Positions 57,421 to 64,000 of a stretch of DNA of 64,000 nt are shown piece after piece (the first letter of the stretch is position 1; the number at the start of each line of letters is the position of its first letter). The position numbers and the translations under genes were made by a program. The DNA comes from Octopus vulgaris (lineage: Eukaryota). The stretch spans positions 6,882,001-6,946,000 of the forward strand of contig OX597837.1 of NCBI GenBank assembly GCA_951406725.2. The letters are read 5' to 3'. The notes below the pieces were generated by a model. That model was not told where the DNA came from and did not search any database. It saw only the letters and a list, made by a program, of their open reading frames with translations.

Positions 57421-57966
57421 TTCATCGTATGATATATTTCCAAGCAAGCCGGTCACACTCTCTCCATCTGCTCGTCTGTTTTATTGATCTGATCCTTACA
57501 TTATACTTGTATAACATTACGGAACTATTTTTGAAGATTTTGGCTACGGTTAAGGAGATACGTAGAAGGAAGATGCCTTCCTCTTCTTCACGACTTTTTA
57601 CTCTTTCAGATCAGATGAAATAATGTCCGCTCCCAGCCTTATAAGGATTGAAGAATGCATGTGGGAAGTTCTGGTATCAATTTTCTGTTTGATTGGATTC
57701 CGCTTCTAAGCTGGATATCAGTTATTTGGCAGAACTCTTAAGAAAAATCTTCATCTCTATTTATCGCTCTGTCTCTCCTTTTTCCTTTACTTCTCTTCCT
57801 CTCTTTTCGGCATTCGGTGTTTCTATCCCCGTATGTGCGTGTGTGTGAGTGTGTGTGTGTGTGTGTGTCCAAATATGTATTTAGATTAACTTGTATAAAC
57901 ACAGCAATATACCTGTCTAACTGGCAAGAAGAAGCCTATGTATCTATGCATGTATGCATTAATGTA

Positions 57967-58013
<47 letters not shown>

Positions 58014-58133
58014 CAATCTGTCTATCTATACATACATATATATATTTATATATATATATCAATCTACCTATACATATATGAATGTATATATACATATATA
58101 TGTGTGTGTATGTATATATGTTTCTATGTATAA

Positions 58134-58200
<67 letters not shown>

Positions 58201-58334
58201 TATATATAAATACAGAGAGACAGACAGACATTCATATAAATATATTTACATATACACATACATGCATCTACTTATATAAACATTATTTCGAATGTATATG
58301 CATACACATACGCAAGCACACAATGTTTTATATA

Positions 58335-58370
<36 letters not shown>

Positions 58371-58528
58371 TGTATGTATGTATGTATGTATGTATGTATG
58401 TATGTATGTATGTATGACTGTGTGTATGAACATGTCTGTATTTTGTATGTAAGCTTGTATAAATATACATATCTATCTATCTGTGTATCTATCCATCTAC
58501 CTATCTATCTATCGATCTATCTGTCTAC

Positions 58529-58587
<59 letters not shown>

Positions 58588-59185
58588 CCTACCTATCTAT
58601 CTATTTATCTATCTATCTACCTATCTATCTATCTATCTATGAGTTGATGTAATTTTAAAACCTAGTTTCACCTGACACACTAGCTTTATATATCTAAATC
58701 AAAACCTATCTATATGTGTGTTTATGTGTGAAATTTATCGGTGTATGTATATGTGTATCTGAGCATGTTTGTTTAGAGAGTTGTATATAAATATACACTT
58801 GGCTGTATCTGTACGTACACATTTTTGTGCTGACATTATGACATACCAATATTACACAGCGTTAACACCTCAATTTAAATGTTAAAAATTTGATATTTTT
58901 CACAAACAGTATATCGCAGTCTTTAATCCTCATACAGTACAACCTCTTACATTTCACTATTTGATTCCTGAGCTCTCTCTACCTTCTTCCCTCTTTTTCT
59001 TTCTTTAAATCTTATATTCCCTCAATTAATTCTTCACCTCACTCACAAATCGGGGACCCAGGTTCAAGAAATCCAAGTAAAGACATACTTGGAGTTACCA
59101 CTCCATTTTATGTTGCAGTACTTTGTATTTTGTTTGACTATTTAACATCCAAACTGCCCCTATGAGGGCCAAGAATTCTACATCT

Positions 59186-59322
59186 TGTGTAGTAAGTAGC
59201 TTACTCACGAACCACATGGTTCCGGGTTCAGTCCCACTGCGTGGCACCTTGGGCAAGTGTCTTCTACTATAGCCTCGGGCCCACCAAAGCCCTGTGAGTG
59301 GATTTCGTAGAAGTTCGTCGTA
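59186..59322 (+). mobile_element. SINE family A, 5' half
   Basis: Head through ccttgggcaagtgtcttctactatagcc. Confidence 0.85.
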
Positions 59323-59332
59323 TATATGCATA

Positions 59333-59422
<90 letters not shown>

Positions 59423-59426
<4 letters not shown>

Positions 59427-61161
59427 TAGTTTTATTTTTATAGCGTGCTTTCACTTCACTACCGAGCGCAGCTCTGTGTGCCTTGGGTATGTGCTGTGAT
59501 TTGTTGTGATGCTCTGATGGTTATTGTATGGAAAGTGTTCTGTGTAGGATGTGTGCAGTGCCTAGTAGTGCAATTTTCTGTATGGTATATGTGTTTGTAA
59601 GTCCTGGTGTTTTTGTTATGTATTTGTCTGAATATTTTTTTATCATGCCTAATGCACCTACTATGATAGGAATTGTTTCTGTTTTCAGATTCCACATTCT
59701 AGTTACCTCTATTTCCAGGTCTTTGTATTTTGAGAGTTTCTCCATTTCTTTTAGAGACACGTTGTCATCTGCCGGTATTGATACATCAATTAGAAAGCAT
59801 TTTTTTCTTCATGATCTCTGACAACTATATCTGGTCTGTTGGCCTTAATTTCTCTATCTGTGTGTATCGGCATATCCCAGAGTATGGTTGCTTTCTCGTT
59901 TTCTGTGACCTTTTCTGGTATGTGCCTATACCATCTTTTTTCTGTTGTTATTCCATAATGTTGGCATAGCTTCCAATGTATGTCGGTTCCAACTCTGTCA
60001 TGTCTGTGAATATATTCCTTCTTAGCCAGGACTGGGCAGCTAGAGATAATATGATTTATTGTTTCTTGTCCATCTCCACATATTCTGCAGTTACTTGTAA
60101 TATTTCTTTTCATTACATGTTTTTGGTAATTTCTGGTGGGGAGGCTTTGGTTTTGTGCTGCAATTAAAAATCCCTCTGTTTCTGCTTTGAGTCCTGAGCT
60201 TCTCAACCATTGCTGGGATTTTTCTTTGTCTATTTCTTTTGCGTTTAGTTTAGTGCAGTATTTACCATGAAGGGGCTTTTCTTGCCATCGTTTTATCATG
60301 GTTCGTTGCTGTTCTATTTTTAGTTTGGATTTCATTTGTTTTATAGCTTTTGTTGTTTCTTCATCATCTTCTTCTTCTTCTTCGTGTTTATTAGGTGGTA
60401 TGATTTCTTGTTTGTATTTGTCAGCTTCCTTAAATACTGAGAACAGTTTTTTTGTTTTGCTCGTGTTTTGCTGCTATCTGGATCAGTTTTCCTTCCTTCT
60501 GCAGTAGGTATTTTTGCAGTCCTATGGTGGTTATTTTATAGTAGTTTTCCAGCTGTATAAGGCCTCTACCACCTTCTATACATTGTATATATAGTATTTC
60601 TATGTCAGATTTTGGGTGATGCATCCTAGATCCTGTCAGTATTTTTCTTGTTTTCCTATCTATTTTGGACAGTTCATTTCGTGTCCAGTTAAGGATATTG
60701 TAGCTGTAACTTATAACTGGGACAGCTAAAGTGTTGATACCTATTATCTTGTTTTTAGCATTGAGCTCTGTTTTTAGTATTGATCTAACTCGTCTATAAT
60801 ATTCTTTTTTTATTTTCTCTTTCATTTGTGTGTGTTGTGTCTTATCTAGTTCATGGATTCCTAAGTATTTGTAAGTTTGGCTTTGGTCTAATTCTTTTAT
60901 TTTATTGGTTTTATCTAGTGTAATGTTGTTACTCTTAACTAGTTTTCCTCTTTTCATGGTTACTTTGGCGCATTTTTCTAATCCAAATTTCATATCTATT
61001 TCTTCGGTAAATCCATGAACTGTCTTTAATAGTGTTTCCAGCTGTTTGTCATTTGCAGCGTATAGTTTTAGGTCATCCATATATAAAAGGTGGCTGATCG
61101 TTTTGCCGTAACATTTATATCCGCATCCAGTTCTATTTAGCATACCAGTTCTATTTAGCAT
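59423..61161 (-). mobile_element. 5'-truncated R4/Dong-clade non-LTR retrotransposon (RT C-terminal half, CCHC knuckle, restriction-like endonuclease) inserted in (TAA)n
   Basis: HLLYMDDLKLY, KYLG, GGRGL, CRICGDGQETINHIISSC, RHD, RPDIVV...LID and KLSKY. The three ORFs join by single indels in A-runs (~59800, ~60447); (TTA)n on both sides. Confidence 0.93.
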
Positions 61162-61181
61162 TATTATTATTATTATTATTA

Positions 61182-61640
<459 letters not shown>

Positions 61641-61739
61641 CCCTCTTCTTCTTCTTCTTCTTCTTCTTCTTATTATTATTATTATTATTATTAATATTAT
61701 TATTATTATTATTATTGTTGTTGTTGTTATTGTTATTGC

Positions 61740-61770
<31 letters not shown>

Positions 61771-61782
61771 AATAATAATACT

Positions 61783-61850
<68 letters not shown>

Positions 61851-61852
<2 letters not shown>

Positions 61853-62097
61853 TATGTTTGACTTTTGCTTTTTTATTTGTACGAGTTGGCTCCAAGTCTC
61901 ACCCAGAGACAACAAGCTAGAAGTTCAAGTTGGTGTTATGCCTAGGATGCCATATATTTGGTTTTGCACATAGTATTGTTCTGGAGAATGTGAATGATTA
62001 AGAAAACAAGAAAATTATGAGTTTGTTTTAATACTTATTACATAGAGAGTAATTATCGTAGGATATGGGAAGCTCCGATGAGCACTATCTTTTGAAT
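61851..62097 (-). mobile_element. Second, diverged copy of the Dong family-2 3' end
   Basis: Colinear with 61340-61593 (gttggctccaagtctcacccagagac...gagcactatcttttgaatg). Confidence 0.8.
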
Positions 62098-62576
62098 GAA
62101 GATTTTAATACAATATTAATATCTGTGGATAGTCAATATATAATACTATTAAGTAAGTATACACTGAAAAATACGAGACATATTCATAGCATACAAATGT
62201 TTAAAAGAAAGTTGTGGGACGGATGATAGCGATGTGGCCCTCCTGATACAGGAAGGCCCTTAGGGATAATCGAGGAACGCCACTGTCCAAGATTTCCATG
62301 AAACCCCAGGAGCAAGTGGCCTCTCATTATTATTAACGAAGTTGAAAGACTGACCTCAAAAATATTTGGCTGCTATTTTTAGCACATCCGTTGACCACAT
62401 ACAAGTTTTCTCACTCTATTTCGCCTCTTTGCCTCCAGGAACTACATTGGAATTTAATAGAAATCGTATTTAACAATGACCTTTGCAACCAATATACTTA
62501 TCGTATTTCATACAATTATACCATTTCTTACAAAACATATATACGTGAACAATATATTGTATTTTCAGAAAAGCGC

Positions 62577-62621
<45 letters not shown>

Positions 62622-63023
62622 GGTATAAGGAAATTAATATCTGGTATTATATATTGACTATTCAGAGATATCAATATTGAATTTAAATCTTTATCACAAG
62701 ATATAGTATGCGAAGGAATGAATAGAGCGGATTTCAGAGAAATGGAAAGACGTGGATAAGAATTCTATACAGAAATATACATACTCAAATGCATATGCAT
62801 GCATGTATACATACATACATACATACATATATAAATACATGCATACATGTATTCTTTTATTTTGCTTCTCTTAGTCATTTGATTGCGGCCATGCCGGAGT
62901 ACCGTCTTATGTGCGTCTGTGTGTGTGTGAGTGTGCATATATATATATATATTTATATTTGTATATATGTATATATATATATGTGTGTGTGTATGTATAT
63001 GTATATATATTTATATATATATG

Positions 63024-63080
<57 letters not shown>

Positions 63081-63727
63081 TTAGATAAACTTAGATAAAC
63101 TTAGATATGTTTCGACCAATGATTGGTCCAGGCCATGTCTAACTTAATAGCACCACCTGATATATAGATATATATATATGCATATATTTTATTCATTTAT
63201 TCTTTTGCTTGGTTCAGTCATTTGACTGCGGCCATGTGTGTGTGTGTGTGTGTGTGTATTTACATGTACGTTTGTGTATGTATGCATATAATGTATATTT
63301 GAGGGTGAACGTATGTATATCAAAAAGCAATGAATATACATAGTAAATTAACTGGTGTTCAATTTAGGAGTTTTACACAACACACAAATATATATATACA
63401 TATATAACATACAAATATATATATATATTTCCATATATACATGCGCGTGTATAGACATGTTACTAATCTATGTCTATATATAAACATGTATATATGAGGT
63501 TGAGTGGGAGTGCATAGATATATATACACATAATAATAGTAGGGAATATAATTTCTATATGGTGTGAATAACATCTTTCATTATCGAATTAATTAATAGA
63601 GGTTTTTCTCGAAATTATATACATATATTATATATACACATACTTATACATACCTATCAGTATAATTTTTATAGATTGATAAAGAAACACAGAGATGTTT
63701 ACGTTCATATGCATTCAACACACACAC

Positions 63728-63778
<51 letters not shown>

Positions 63779-64000
63779 CTATAGATATATGCGCTTGTGT
63801 ATATGTGGGTGTATGTATCTCTGAGTATTCACATACATGTTTATATGTATGGCGACCTGTAAGTCTATTCGTTCATCGTCTGTATAACGCGGCTTCGTGT
63901 CCGTTGGTTAGTTTAGCTAAATTTATAGTGATAACATTCCTTTGGTTTCTCGCCAGAGGAATTATTAATATCGTTCAAGCCATCTTGAACAACATGTTAT

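Overview
AT-rich, microsatellite-saturated eukaryotic DNA with no host protein-coding exon I can support. The SINE families and (TA)n/(TAA)n/(CATA)n load suggest a coleoid cephalopod, most likely Octopus (inference). Almost all ORFs in the supplied track are translated simple repeats, and the real coding sequence is retrotransposon-derived. It comprises (i) a near-complete Penelope-like element (PLE; RT plus C-terminal GIY-YIG, minus strand ~40588-43330) bracketed by ~930-bp inverted pseudo-LTRs and sitting between (TA)n tracts, (ii) further PLE fragments at 14220-15520 and 18700-19230, (iii) R4/Dong-type RLE LINE pieces in (TAA)n (59423-61161, 61340-62097, 9182-9570) and next to (CATA)n (30078-30835), and (iv) an RTE-type 3' end (24018-24295). 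Three tRNA-derived SINE families are also present. The most interesting signal is a set of short non-coding inserts in or against (TA)n tracts that carry minimal type-I hammerhead ribozyme folds with non-canonical catalytic cores (CCGACGA, CUGCUGA, UUGAUGA...GCAA). Related features are perfect fold-back palindromes and PLE pseudo-LTRs built from fixed-spacing CCAAT+CRE or E-box+CCAAT modules.
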